Both the position numbers and the translations under genes were made by a program. From Takakia lepidozioides (taxonomy: Eukaryota > Plantae > Bryophyta), in contig CM060732.1 in NCBI GenBank assembly GCA_030704615.1, forward strand, positions 80,104,001 through 80,168,000: a DNA stretch of 64,000 nt, read 5' to 3'. The stretch's first letter is position 1; the number at the start of each line of letters is the position of its first letter. The notes beneath the pieces were generated by a model that saw only the letters and a program-made list of their open reading frames with translations, did no database searches and was not told the origin of the DNA. Below, in pieces: positions 11,676 to 25,035 of the stretch.

Positions 11676-14600
11676 TCAGAACTGATTGGCACCCCTTCGC
11701 ACCCTCTGTTGGCCACTAGTTTTGGTGTTCTTTGAGAGTTTGCCACTGTTCCCAAATACATCACCACCCTTCTGCCCACTCATTAAACTTCCAGTCTGCA
11801 CCAACTTCCTCTTCTCATTTTTGCAAGACTGTTTTTGTAAGAGAGAAGAACTAGGGGCTTCACGTGGTGAAGGCTTGCTCCGCACAGCCGGTCGGTGTGT
11901 GTGTGCTCTTTGTGAAGGAGTGGGGGATGCCGGGGCTTTAGTTGACATCTGGGAGAAGGAAGGAGCTGGTGCTGTCGGGTCATAGCACTTGGTCCTCTGA
12001 ACCAGCCCTGGAGACATAAACCATCAGTAGTTTCCCAACCTAGCTCAATGCTAAGTTTGAAGCTGCCTACTCTCTCACTGGCCATAGTATTGACGTGCCC
12101 CTCACCTTGGAGACAAGGTGTCGTCAGATAGAGTATGTTGCATCAACCCTGGCTGTTCTCTCAGAAGACAATAATGTCCCCCTGGGACCATCTCTGCCTC
12201 TACAAACCTGCAGGAAGCTTGTGAGAGGAAAACATTGGACCTGGAGGGATGTCTGCAAGAAATCGTGAGGGGACATTATGCTGGCCACCAGCCATCATCA
12301 AATGTGTCACCTGCAGAACACCCAGCCTTTCTTCTGAAAGAGGTCACATTATCGAAAGGAAATTATTCTATAACCTGTCGGAAGGCATACAAATTGTTTT
12401 GGTAGATTACATTACAGAGATACATATGCTTGCTGGATCTGGAGAATAAAGGCGCAAAGGGAAAGGCTAGTGATGTCATAATGATCATCCAGCAAAAACC
12501 TAATCATTTCCACTCTCGTCCTCACCAAGATTCTTCAACATTGCTAATGGAAGATTTATGTGGACGTTTCCTCTGGTCTCACCTTCCTCTTTCCCTTGTT
12601 CCATAACAGGAGGTATGGAGAGACGCACCATTACAAACCGTTTGGCACGTGTCAGTGCAACATACATGAGCCGCCTCTGGAGGAACCAACGAGAACCTTC
12701 ATCAATACCTCTTTTCGTGAAAGCAATCTCTCTTTCTTCCACAACAGACCCAGTGATTCCAATCCACACAAAATTGAGAATCCAGCAAGCTCCTTACTCA
12801 TACAGGAAGTTACTATTGAAGGAGGAGAGCTCAGTTCTGACCAAATATGATTGAAATCCACTATCTAACAAGCTTGCTGGGTGAGATAGTCACTCAAGAA
12901 CAGAAGAGGACTAATGCTGGCTGGAACTTACAGTAGCAGATGGGATACTGCCTCTTTGCAAAGTCAGCACTTCTTAATTGCAATAAAATAGGAATCAGGG
13001 CACCCTGAGCACATACTCGACAAGGTAATGTCTGGGTGGATTTCATTGCTCACAAAGGCATGCTTAAAAAAAAAACTCTATAATTGAACATGAAGAGGAA
13101 CAAAGATAGAGAGGAGAAATCGGACTGGGTATAACAAACGAAGAACTACTTCAAAATACACCAAGTGCCACCAGACGACAAGTGCCTAGAGCAGGTAGAG
13201 TGAGATGAAATAAATGAAATGTTACTTTATAACGTCCGCGGAAAGATGATGGCAGCGGTTCCAAATTTTATATACTCCAGGAAACTGGACTTCCCCAGCA
13301 TCCATGGGCAGCCCAGAAGGGCCATAGGAGACAGAAGAATAACGCAGAACAACAAGATGAACTCAAAGAACAAATCAAACCCCCAACATTGCACAGCAGA
13401 CAAATTAAGAAACTTTATAAGAGAAATGAAATGGTACTCCCGAGAGGGCCCTCCACAAGCGGCCAAATAAGAGAGAAAATCAATGAGTCCACTTGCCTCC
13501 TCCTCGAGTCCCTCACTCTCAAGGCAGCCTTCATCCCCAGCCCTGCTTGCCCGTATGTGACCACCTTCAGTGTCCTTTGTGGCCCCTAGCACAAATACTT
13601 CAGTGTTTTCTCCCTTCTCCAAGACAGCCGGTATGCATGAATTTGTTTCTGACAGCAATCCTCTCTGATTTGGCACAGTTCCACCATTAATGATGTGGGT
13701 ACTTGATGGCAGAGGTGAATTTGCAATGACCGGTTCATAATCCATGACCGGTAGCACTCCTTCGTTGGCCCGAACAAGTATGACGGCTGCCCATTCCAAA
13801 CCCTTTGCCTGTTGGGCAAGCAAGATTATGACAGACCAGGAGTAGTGCATGATCAGATTTTCCCACTATGAGAAATCGCACTCATGCATCGTAGCTTGTG
13901 GCCATGCACCCTGTGCTAGGGGGAGCGGGACAAGGGACGTATGGGCCATTGCCATCAATAGTGGAATTCAAATTATCCTTGTTTCAGAGTGCCGAAGACT
14001 GGACTGTTAAAGATGCCCAAAGAGTAGAGAAACCCAAATTGGTCAATGAAGAAATGAAATGAAATGGTTCCAACATCCGCAGAAAGCTCAAAGAGCGAGC
14101 AAGAATGAAACAAAGAAAGAGAGAGGCCCCCACAAGCAGCCCAGAACCCCACTATTGCTCAAGAGATTGTCTAAGAGTCAACACCTCATGCAGATATGCT
14201 GCTAAGCATTTCTGATCCTCGAGATGGAAGACCTCTGTGAGACATTGGCTATCTCAGAACAGACAATCTCCGACGGTCTCATAGTAGAAAGGACCATCAA
14301 AGAAGAAATGTTCTTCACTTTTGATTTCCCTCCTGTTGTCCCCTGATAGAGGTAGCTGCAGACAGGTAATCAGGCTGCAAGATTCTATCATCACAGAGGA
14401 CCATGAATGTCTCCCGATAGAAATGAAAAGAAATGGATACTTATACCTACTACAAAATGTACAATGTCCAGGGGAAGGTCACAAGAGAGGAGGATAATTT
14501 AAAAAGTCCACAGGGAGCCTGAGGGCCCAGAGGGAAAGAGAGGGGAATTGCACTTTGTAGGCTGCCTGAACCTGTGGAGAACTTGTGCAGCAATGGAAAT

Positions 14601-17600
14601 TATAACCATGCAATAGACTGCTTACTTTCTAGGCTGCCTGAACCTGTGGAGAATTGTGGAGCATGAAAATTTAACCATGCAATATGCTGCTTATTCCAGA
14701 CTTTGCTCGAAGGCCACCTAGCTACCATCCACATTTTATTTCTCCCCTTCCAACAGCCAAAGTAGGCCAAAGGTATCACCTGATGTATGGTAGAAAGTGT
14801 CAACCTGTCTGGCGGACTGAAAGATGCTAACGCTTGTCCAGCAGGGTTTCCTTTGGTATCCTCATCCCGTATAACAGCTGAATAACTGGATTCTCCCAGC
14901 TCATGTCCATGCAGTCTTAGAGCCACCTGATCCACAAATGCCCTGAGCCTCCCTATTGCAGACATCATAGAATCTTCTGAGCTCTTGGACGGAGCTGGAG
15001 ATGGAGGAGGGCACATGGCAGCGATTGCTGACTTGGTGGGTGGGCCAGGTCTCCTTCCTTTCCGCAGCTTCATGTCCATGTAGCTTCCAGGCTTGACTGA
15101 TTGGGTGCCTACCAATATAAGAGGTGAATTCCAGGAAAATTTGTATTTAATAAGTAGCATACCGGTCAGGGCTTATTTATTTTGCAATAACTGTCAACTT
15201 AATTTAAGCACTTCTGAACATTTTGCAACAGAAAAGTCCCAAAACCCACTTGTTAAATAGGCTCACATCAACTTGGTTGGATGAATTTGGTTGACCACTG
15301 CTTTGAAATGATATGGATTAAATAAGGTAATCATTGACAGGGTGACTCGTCAGTTCCAGCCAAGGGGCTGGTTTATAGGCTCCCAGTCAACAATCATGTA
15401 GTACATATTGTCGATCACAAGTGAGCTGTGTGCGCTATATCATAAAATCTACTAGATCCCCACGAGACAATCACAAATACATCATGTCATATCATCACTG
15501 TCTGCGCATGCACACATGTCATCCATGGATGATAGAAAGTTTGGACTACCGAGTTCTGCAAAAGATACGTCACGGAGTTTGAGACAATTGGAGGAAGCCT
15601 ATGCTGCAACTCACAGAAACCGTCATTTGCCGAGTAAGAAACTTCTAAAACAATTACTCTTCCTGAGAACCAAAGTGTCAAATCATTCATGCAAATATTG
15701 GATACATCACTGTTGCACACACCTTTTCCTTTTTGCAGCGACAAATGATTGATTACTCAGAGCCACATAGTAGTTCAAACAATAGAAAATAATGGCCAGT
15801 GTGAGTCCAAAGGTCTTACCAGGAGGCATGGCTACAGTGCGATCTCTCTTCTCCTTAGCCACAATGTCTGCATCAAACATTGCAGCCTCTTTCAACAAAG
15901 CTTTGATACCTGCAAATTCATAACCTCCACCATCACCTTGACCCTGCCATCTCAGCCTCTGCCCCACATTTAACTTTCCCCCAGAAGTAGCCTTTGAGCA
16001 CTCGAGCAAACTGCCATGATCCCTCCCTGCCTGCTTATCTCTGTATCCTTCACGGTATGGAGCAATCTGCTGGAGAATATTCCTCACTATGTCCCTCATG
16101 TCCAGGTTCTTAAACACCTCGTCTCTGGCAGCTGAAACAATTCGAAGCATAGTGTGCATGCCCCCCAGGACTTGTTGCTGTTCAGCATCAGAATTGTGAG
16201 AACCTTCCATAGTGGTTCCAATCAGGTTGAGCTCTTCACAGATCAGTAGGCCTAGAAGATGTGAACGTGTGCATTTGATGGCCTGCACATAGCATGCTAT
16301 TCAACTGCTGAGATCAACCAATAGGAGGGACAAGAATTACTGTAGTTGGACCATCAGAGATGGAACACATATAGTACAGTAACAGAAGCAAACATTGACA
16401 CAACGAAAGTGTCCATCCATGATAGGACTTACAGACATTGTCTCAACCAAACATGGCAATGTGCTTGCCTGTAGTAAAGGCATGCCCTTACTGAGCTGAA
16501 GGTGCCTCAGGCATGCAGAGATGGTTGGTCCAGGGGTCTGGCAAACCAGATTCATCAGCTGCTGACAGGCATAATCATCACCTTCGGTTACAACTAACCG
16601 CAAGACGGCAATGACATCATCAAATGCTCCCCCCGTAGTATCGCATCCCTTCCCTGGATCCAAACCCCATTCTGATTGGCCATTCCCTTGAGGGAACCCC
16701 CCACTCCCTTTTATCTCACATGCAAGTCCCCTGGCCGTCAAGTTATGAAGAAGCTCTAGTCCCACTCGCTGCAAACGGTACAGAATCACTATGTCGTGTA
16801 ATGGAATGCCTTGGTTCTGAACAGAGGTTATGAAATCTATAACAGCAGCTGCCTCACACTGCTCATTCCTGCATTCACAGACCCTGATAAGAGCTCCTGT
16901 TGGGGCCAAAGTCCTAATGCTTTTTGCCATCCGGTGTTGGTTGCGGTTAATCACACGCCGTGCAGCTGCTACAATTGCCCCCGTGCTACGAAAATTCTGC
17001 TCCAGCTTCACCAACATGGAATCTGGAAACTTGCCCTGAAACCGATGTAGGTTGTGGATGCCAGCGGCCCCCCGCCACGAGTAGATTTGTTGGTCATCAT
17101 CTCCCACAATTGTCAGACATTTGTGAGGCCCACACAGCAGATGGAGGAGTTCAAATTGTGCAGTGTCTGTGTCCTGGAACTCATCCACTAAATAAAGTGT
17201 TATTTGAGAGAATTTCAAAAGACAGGAACAACGTTCACACCATTTTGAGCCAACCGTAAGGAATCCATGATCAATCATCATGGACCGTTGGAAGAAAATT
17301 AGACCTTATCAACGAGTGAGATGATGTATTCAGTGAACATTCTCGTGTGTGATGTGACCTTAAGGGCATAGTTCCAGCTCTCAGGGAGCCATCGTGGGGT
17401 TTTAGCGCACCGGATATGAACCCAGCCTGAAGTGGCCATAGTGATTGCGCACACTCTATCACACATGTGCCTGTGGTTGCACTGCCAGTCAAACTAGAGT
17501 AAGGCATCTATGGAGAGAGAGGTAAGCTACCTACCTAAGACAAATTGGGCCTGCAATCCAACGGTCTGCAACACCGCAGGAGATCCTCGCAGTAGTCTGA

Positions 17601-20244
17601 CAGTCAGCCTGATACATTACCAAGCAGAGATTACATCGAAAGGGCAGCAAGAGCATCCAACTGCTTTCTGAATTCAGTAATATGAGAAAATCTGAAGCTA
17701 GTGCAGTAGACCATCACTATGGCCAACATAATGTTCCCATTCTAGCATAATCAATCTTGGCAGTAGCAGAAGAGGCCTGCTACTGCCAAGGCCTACTTGA
17801 ATGTTTGAGATACTGCATTTGTAAGGAGGTGGGTACCCTTTAATATAAACTTACAAAGCAATCAAGGCATTTTTGGTTGAACAATTTTCCCCTAGGAATT
17901 TGGAGAAACTTGGGTACCCAACCCAACCTGGTGTGTCAATGACAGGGTAGGCAACCAACAGTGTGACCTCAAACATGGGACATAAGTGGATTTGAATGAG
18001 GACCACCTACAGTGTGACTCATTGCTCCACTATCAGAAGCTGGATGATACTCAAGTCCACTGGTAGCACCTCATGTTGGTCTAGGCCACGCTATGGCACC
18101 AGCACGCATGGATTCATTTTGAAATACCACCTGGAAATGTTCTCCAAGAAGAGGAATATTGCTAACCCACCAGACAAAGCTGTTAAAATCAATCGCATTG
18201 GCCTCCCTCAATCGGGAGCAGTACTTTGGGTATACCCAGTCAAACAAGCTCCCATCGCTTTCACCCTGGCTACCACTGTTGTGAGTGAGATCCTGTCGCC
18301 TCTGTAGGTGCTGTAGTAGGTGATAAGCTTCCTTCGTGAACAATGCCTTCTGCTCCATTGTCACTTGAATTGGCTCTCCCTGGTCAGCCACTTACAACAT
18401 GAATTAGAATGTCCAATCTTTCAGCATCAATAAGCATCAAACAGTGTCCATGGGGATTCCTGGTGAAGGACAGCAGAGCCTAACAGACAAGAATCGTTGC
18501 AGAGCAAAGGGGTAGACTAGAGCACTTGTATGGTACAGGAAACTGGTCGTGGAAATAACTTCCAAACAGCAACACTGACCTACGGAGCAATGGTTGAAAG
18601 AAGAGGAAACGGAGAAATACCTTGATCACTTGAGCATGTCTTGACGACCCATTTGCAGGTCTCTGTCTCTGACCACTCCTTTCACTGTACCAAGCTTCCA
18701 CGAGCTCCTGCAGCAACTCCAGCTGCAGAAAAGAAGCCGCCATGAGTAATGCTTGTGTGCAGATTTGCAAAATTGAACTGCCGAGTACACAAACTTATTC
18801 TCTCGCTCTCTTCTGGCCCCTCTGTCTTTCTTACAGTTCCATTTCATTTCATTCCATTTTTGTTTCTTGTTCCTCTTGTCCCATAAGCTCTTTGAGCTTT
18901 CTGCAGATGTTATAAAGTACCATTTCATTTCTCTCTCTTTGTGACTTCTTGGGTTTGAATTCTGTGAGGAATACTTGCATCAAACAGATGCCATGGTGGA
19001 TTACTGTCTTCAAAAGCAGGAGGCCAAAATCAACTCCATTTCTAATGGTAAGTTCCAATACTGGCACCAGCATTCTGCACTGTAGGAGCTCCACTTCTGC
19101 TCTCCCATCCCTCCCTCCAACTTTTCCTGCCCAGTTCAAGGCAAGCACAGAGTCCAAGTCTAGTGAGTACATCTCCAGATTCCAGTAGTGATAACGTCAC
19201 CTGGGACCCCACCTGCATCTTGGGTGTGAAGATCACAAAATTGGGTCCCAACCCTGCTTGAGTGGGTAAGGCACGGAGGACCGAGAGGGCAAAGGAATGG
19301 AAGGTGCTAACACGGATGCCCTCCAAGCAGTGGTGTTTGCCCTTGCTAGCTGTAGCTGCCAGATTTTGCAGCCTGTGAAGCAGATCCTGGCCAGCTCTAC
19401 GTGTGAACTGCAATTCCAAAACCCCTGGAACATCTTGTCAAGCAATACAATGTTTATTTTTGTCTCTCACAACACTATTGAGAAAGACATGCAGTGCTCC
19501 CCATGATGCACCTTGAAGGGTAGGGACCCTGTACAACAGCAACCCTCACGGAGCCGGTCATGGGTTTCAACTGAAGTATGAAGCTTAGCCCAGGATTGTG
19601 ATCACAACTGACAAATCTGCAAGGAAAGACAGAAAGAGATTTGGCAGTCACCACACTCCCTCCATAATCCATCTCTCAACTACCAACAGAAGTTTTGTAA
19701 ACAATGAGACAGAACACCGTACCGTGACTGCAAGTATATTGTTGGCCGCCACACCCTGTCACATCAGTTACAATCCAAGATGAAAACCATCCCGCGTAAC
19801 TTTAAATAACATCATAGTTTCTGAACAAATCACTTCTGTTCAAGACCAACCAATTGACATCAACATCTTCAAATACTTTGTAGGTTTCTCCAAACCCACC
19901 TCACCATTATACACCGTCAAAGTTTAGTCTCAGGACAACGTTGAGTAAATACCTGACAGAGCAAGTGTAAAATTCGGTGGCACAAAACCAGTGTCTTCCC
20001 TGACCCCTGCAATATTGTCAAGGGACCACTTATCAATTGTTCCAATCCACAAGCTCATATTTTGAAAGTTCGAGGGCCCATTGCACAAGGTGTGACAAGG
20101 TGGAGAGAGAATGTGAATGTGCTAACTCACTGCTGCAGCTAGGATCAGCAGGGGTTGGTCGATCGGTGCTTTGATGGCCATCTGTTGGGATTCGCTCAAA
20201 GAAAGCATTGCATCCACCTTCTCCGATTTCTGTGAAGAACCCAT
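11676..20244 (-). CDS. UvrD/PcrA/Rep/Srs2-family SF1 ATP-dependent DNA helicase, multi-exon
   Basis: Spliced motifs in order: LSESQQMAI...QPLLILAAA|GSGKT (20244-20131, 20006-19953), LQFTRRAG and VSTFHSF (~19420-19212), AIDF (~18200), LVDEFQDT, VGDDDQQIYSWRGA, LEQNFRST (17190-16470), LSTIHQ|AKGLEW, GLEEE|RRLMYVALTRAK, VPSRFLADIP, and a last exon ~12009-11676. The start codon is inferred. Confidence 0.92.
18873..18930 (+). repeat. Short interspersed hairpin + (CATTT)n repeat, likely a LINE/SINE 3' end
   Basis: ttgtcccataagctctttgagctttctgcagatgttataaagtaccatttcatttc. Related copies lie at 13205-13245(-), 14050-14097(-), 24853-24915(-), 2695-2740(+), and a degenerate one at ~52838(+). Confidence 0.7.
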
Positions 20245-21210
20245 CGGAAGTACAGGAAATATCTGCAATCAAGGGGTCTTGCCAGCATGAGATGGCGACA
20301 GTTTTAGGGCGCCACCTAGAACTTTCTAAAGCGTGGCAGCCGAATTAATTAGTGAAGCTGTAACTGAGTCAAACCTATGGGTCAATCCCCTGGTTTGAGA
20401 TAATTTCGACAAGTCACATTGACACCTAAAACAGTGCGGCCAGACTTGATATAGCACGGGGGCTTTTGCTTCAATTGGAGACAACGGCTACGGATCCATG
20501 GATACATATTCAGGACACCCCACGCTGGTGTAAGCAAGCATCACAAGATACATCAAAATCGTATAACTGACACTTACAGTACAGAGTTGAAAACTCAAAC
20601 GATGTCCTGGAGCATCTTGACGAGGCAATTCCAAGCTCAGGTGAGCTGCCTACACCACTCTTCAGTCTGTCGACGCAGCATTTCAATACCTGGCTGAGAA
20701 TGGTTTGTACTGACAACAAAGCACAGGTCTGGAAGCTGAAATAGATCAGTTCGGACCTAATTTCCACATCGCATCAACACTGCCTTTCACGCAACAGTAG
20801 TATACAGGCCCCAGCTGGAAAACCTAGTTCAGCCCTAACCCTCCTCTCCTCCCAACCAACGGGAGCGGTGCAGATTACACTTCCACCATAGCCACTCACA
20901 TGGTGCATTCAAAGCCGGTTGATTGAGATGCCAATGCCATCCCTGCCGCTGCAACAACCCGCCAGCAACCTGAAGTCCATTTTGTCTCGAATCTTTCACC
21001 AGAAAACCCTGGTTCTTCTCACCCTAATGCTCTCCTCTCCTTCCACGCATCCCTCCTCAAAGAATTCATCACTTCCTTCCGCATAGGCTGCACATTACCT
21101 TAATGAAGGTATTGCTCCTTCTCGCCTTCTCTCACTCCCTTTCACTGTCTCGCTCCTTCCCTTCTGGACTCTGAAGCTCCTCTTGTGAGTCCTTCATATT
21201 TTTGAATTAT

Positions 21211-21400
21211 GGCGGGAGACTCTAGCTTGGATGGATGATAATACTATATGGATGAAATATGAAGTCACATGACACACCAGCAATCCGGCACATCAGACAA
21301 ATTTAGACTTATCATCAAATATCAACCACGTGGCGAGAACTTACAGGTGTTGATCTCTACCATGTGACACTTGGCGAGGTTCTGGTTCTGGTGACGTGGC
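21211..21400. promoter_or_regulatory. Divergent promoter region: E2F-like site TCTCCCGCC (21219-21211, minus) and two ABRE/G-box ACGTGGC (21328, 21394)
   Basis: Exact motif matches lying between the head-to-head helicase and remorin-like genes. Short motifs can occur by chance. Confidence 0.45.
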
Positions 21401-22269
21401 GTGGTGACGGGGTCGTCTTCCTCCCGCTGCCTGCGTGAGTCTCTCGTCTCCACCTTACGGAATGACCATGGAAAAAGTTTCTCAGAAAGAATTTCAGGAT
21501 ACAGAAGTGGGGCCCCTAAATCAGCCCACTACAATCACAAAGTACTTCGGTTGATCTTCGTAACTCAAATTGAGTTTCAAGTTTTTTCTATCGAAGCCAG
21601 ATAGAAGAGAGAGAGAGAGGTCGATAAGATCTTTCAAGGGCTCCCCCTGTCCAGACGGAATAAAGTTACTTAAGGGTAGATTACCTTAGAAGCTTTTAGA
21701 CTTTCTTTTTCTTTCTTTCCTTCTAAGTTTTCGTGCGCAGTTTTGTCCTTTTGCTGTTTCTTCCTCGAACGATCTGCTTGGATCGGTGTTCGGAAAGTTT
21801 GTGCAGACTTTTGCTATAGGGAGATCTCCAGGAGTGTTTTGTTTTATCGACTCTAAAGTGCATCCCCTCTCCATCCGATTGAGAAAATTTCGGGAATTTC
21901 AATTGATCATGCGCTGATCTTATGAGTACGGGCTCATATTTCTCTACCTCCCAGAGCTGCAGGTTGCGAATTTCAGAACTTCTATTGTGTCGGAACTCGG
22001 AACGTTCTTATAGAAGCTTGCACCCACTTCACATCAGATTTAAGGAGGTGATCTTCTTTTCACCTTCACCTGCTGCGATCACTGTGCATGACTCCAATTT
22101 TGTAATACCGGTTGTACCTTACCAAGGCACGGTACATTAAAACTCTTTTGCAGTGTCTGGATTAGTAATTCGATCTCCAGGTCTTCTGTACTGAACACAT
22201 CCAAGGTTTGGAGATCTCTCCATTTGAGCTCAAGGCCTTCTAGACCTTAACCTGTGAAAGATAGTAGAT

Positions 22270-24448
22270 ATGGCTACGGCCGTGCGTGACCCACCAGTTC
22301 TTCCGCGCCCAACAGAACCGACAAAACCAGAAACAAATTACCAGGCACAGACACGGCCAGCGCCCGAAGTCCAACAAGAGGTGCCCAGTCCGAAAACGCC
22401 TCCTACTGGCGTTCAAAGCGATACTTCGAAGGATGCCTCCAACCTCGAAGCTCGAAAGGGGCCTAACGTTGAATCACCAAGGGGTACTAGTATGGAAAAT
22501 CCAAAGGAAATTGCCAGCAATCTCCAGTCACCGAAGGCAGCCCAATCAGGGCCGTTATCTCCTGCTGCTGCTCTTTCAGCAAGGAACCTGAAGGCAGAAT
22601 CATATGCTGAAGCTCACAGGCAAAGGGTGGAGGCTGAAGCGCTAGCATACTTGCAGGCGGAGATTCGAAAAGCACAAGCTCGCTCACAAACAGAATTTGT
22701 ATGCATCGAGGCATTCCACCAAATGGCAGTGTTTTAATGTTGTAAGTTAGCACTTGTGATCAATTTGGTATTTGCAGGGAACATTTTAACAAACTCTTCA
22801 GAGTTGAAAGGTCAATCCTGGCCAAGATTCCGTCACATCAAGTTTGTGGAGACCTGTTCTTTGCAAGTTCAGGGCCACCATCGTCTAGATTATAAGTTCT
22901 ATAGAGGGTAAGTACAATAATCCTCAGTGCCCGCTACGATGAATTTTGTAGATTATAGACTTAGTTTTATAGCAGCCCAGGTACAGGTAATCGGATTGCC
23001 GTTCGCTTTGTGCGGTCGCTTAGCAAGCTTGGATTGATCTCAGGTTGTCTCTTGTGATTTTCCCTGGTGGGTGAGGATTGATATCCCCGGAGACCAAGCC
23101 TCGAGCATAATTGTGTAGCTCAGACGGCACGCACTTCGAGCATTTTCATCCCAGGCAATCAGCTAGTTAGGTACGAATGGCGTTACACATATTCCACCCA
23201 GACTGCTTAGGCTCTGCTAGCTTCTGATTAATATTGCGATTCACTGGGGTTGACCTGAGCAGGCAAGGGTCGAGCAGAAGAGAGTTAAGGAGGAGGCAAA
23301 AGCAATTGAAGTCAAGAAAAAGGAGGAGCTGCGCGCTGAAGAAGTTATTCACCTTGCTGAGGTCTATCGCTATCCCTCTTTCAGAAGCTGCTCACTGTAC
23401 ATTTAGCATAGGGTACATTTTCCAGGCCAGGAATGTTTCGACGTCCTGCGATTGATCATCACCAGATTTATCTATAGTTTTCCATACCTTTGTTTACTGC
23501 AACTGTGCAACTCGACTGATGTAGCATTTGGAATTGCAACATGCCATGCGGGCAGATCAAAATTAACAAGATAAGAGCAAAAGCGACTGAGGAGGCAATC
23601 CGAATAAAAGCACATGCCAATGAGGAAGCTGAGAGACTCATAGCTGAAGCTTACGTGCGAGCTGAACGGGTATGGGCTTCTTCTCAGTCTACCCCTCTGT
23701 CAATTGAATTGAAGTGGCGGCTTGCTCAATTTGCTCAATTCGAAACCGACCAAGTGGAGAATACATCTAGATAAGTCTGATTTACATGCTTATGATGAGT
23801 GACAGACCTGTAGCTTTGTCGGAAAGCTAGACCTGTAAGGTGTTTCCCATCACCGAACCCACGAAAGAAGGGCGTCCACTTAGGCGGCATTGGTACAAAG
23901 CGGTGAATGTCCTAGTCGAGGTTGTATATAGTGCAGGTCATGCAAGCTATCAAGGATATTTCTCAAATATCTCTGAACCGAAAGGCCTGATGCGTTGTAT
24001 ACTGCAAGACACAGTAACTAGCCCAGTCACGGAGTTTGAAAGTCAGCTAGCCAAGAACTGTTACTGTCCTTGAGCTGATCGTGCAACTCCTTTTAAAGAT
24101 GGCGGTACTGTACTAGAAAATACTTTTGAATCTGTACTCGTGCTTCAATCAATTCTAAATGTCGAATATGATGTGATGGGCTCACGTCCGAGTCTGGAAG
24201 GAAGGAGTTGATGAAATCATGTCCCTGGAGACAAATTCATTTCGAGGGTAAGAGTGGTCTCTTTTCTGACGAGGGTACCGGGTGATGGACTGCAGGAAAA
24301 AGCAGAGATAGAGGAAAGGAAGAAACGAGAGATTGCAGAGCTACAAGATCGTGTGGAGCAAATGATAGCTATGGGCCAGATCCCTGAACCTGAACACAAG
24401 GGGGTAGTCCACCGTGTGAAAAACACACTTACCTGCCGCCATGAATAA
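22270..24448 (+). CDS. Remorin-like protein (Pro/Ser-rich N-terminus, coiled-coil C-terminus), 4 coding exons
   Basis: Exons ~22270-22699, 23263-23361, 23557-23669 and 24296-24448 with GT-AG borders in phase 0. The protein ends EKAEIEERKKREIAELQDRVEQMIAMGQIPEP...TLTCRHE, similar to a remorin C-terminal anchor. Confidence 0.62.
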
Positions 24449-24852
24449 CCTCTAGAGCTTGCTTCGTCCGTTCTCTCCCCTCGGGAGAGAAAATGTGGTC
24501 CTGTATAAGAACGTGGACAAGTTAGATGCACAATGACTGCAACGAGTACGTGATCTTCTCTCGCTCTCCCGGCTATCGTGATCCTTCAACTCATTTCAGC
24601 TCAAGTTTGGTGCCTGCAGAGCAATGGTTCCATGATGGGCCATCCTCCAAGCTCCAGCTCTTGACGACAGAGACCAAGACTATAGCCATACCATGTTACA
24701 TAAAAGTTTGAAGACCGTTTAGTTCAAATTTGTGAGTTGTTTGTTGCATACAGAGAAATGTTGAGCATTTTCTTCTGTCAACGTGTGAAGTGAAGATGGG
24801 GATACTTGAATGATACATCGTAGCGATATCGAAGCAGTCTCTGGCCTTTTCA

Positions 24853-24915
24853 CAAATGAAATGAAATGGTGCTTTATAACGTCCGCGGAAAGCTCATAGA
24901 GCTTATGGGACAAAG
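24853..24915 (-). repeat. Copy of the hairpin + (CATTT)n repeat
   Basis: Reverse complement reads tttgtcccataagctctatgagctttccgcggacgttataaagcaccatttcatttcattt. Confidence 0.7.
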
Positions 24916-25035
24916 GAAAAAAAAAAGTTCACAATGAACTCAAATGCTGAATGTATGACATACACAAGCTCAACATGACTGAAATGGCAATGATAACAGA
25001 GAATACTGTTGCTCCCTTCTTTTGTGCGCCTTATA

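Noticed and set aside
16420-16470. Second GC donor in the helicase (LLQ|gcaagc)
   Set aside because: An in-phase GT donor (tct|gtaagt) lies about 36 nt further on, so this cannot be decided without reads.
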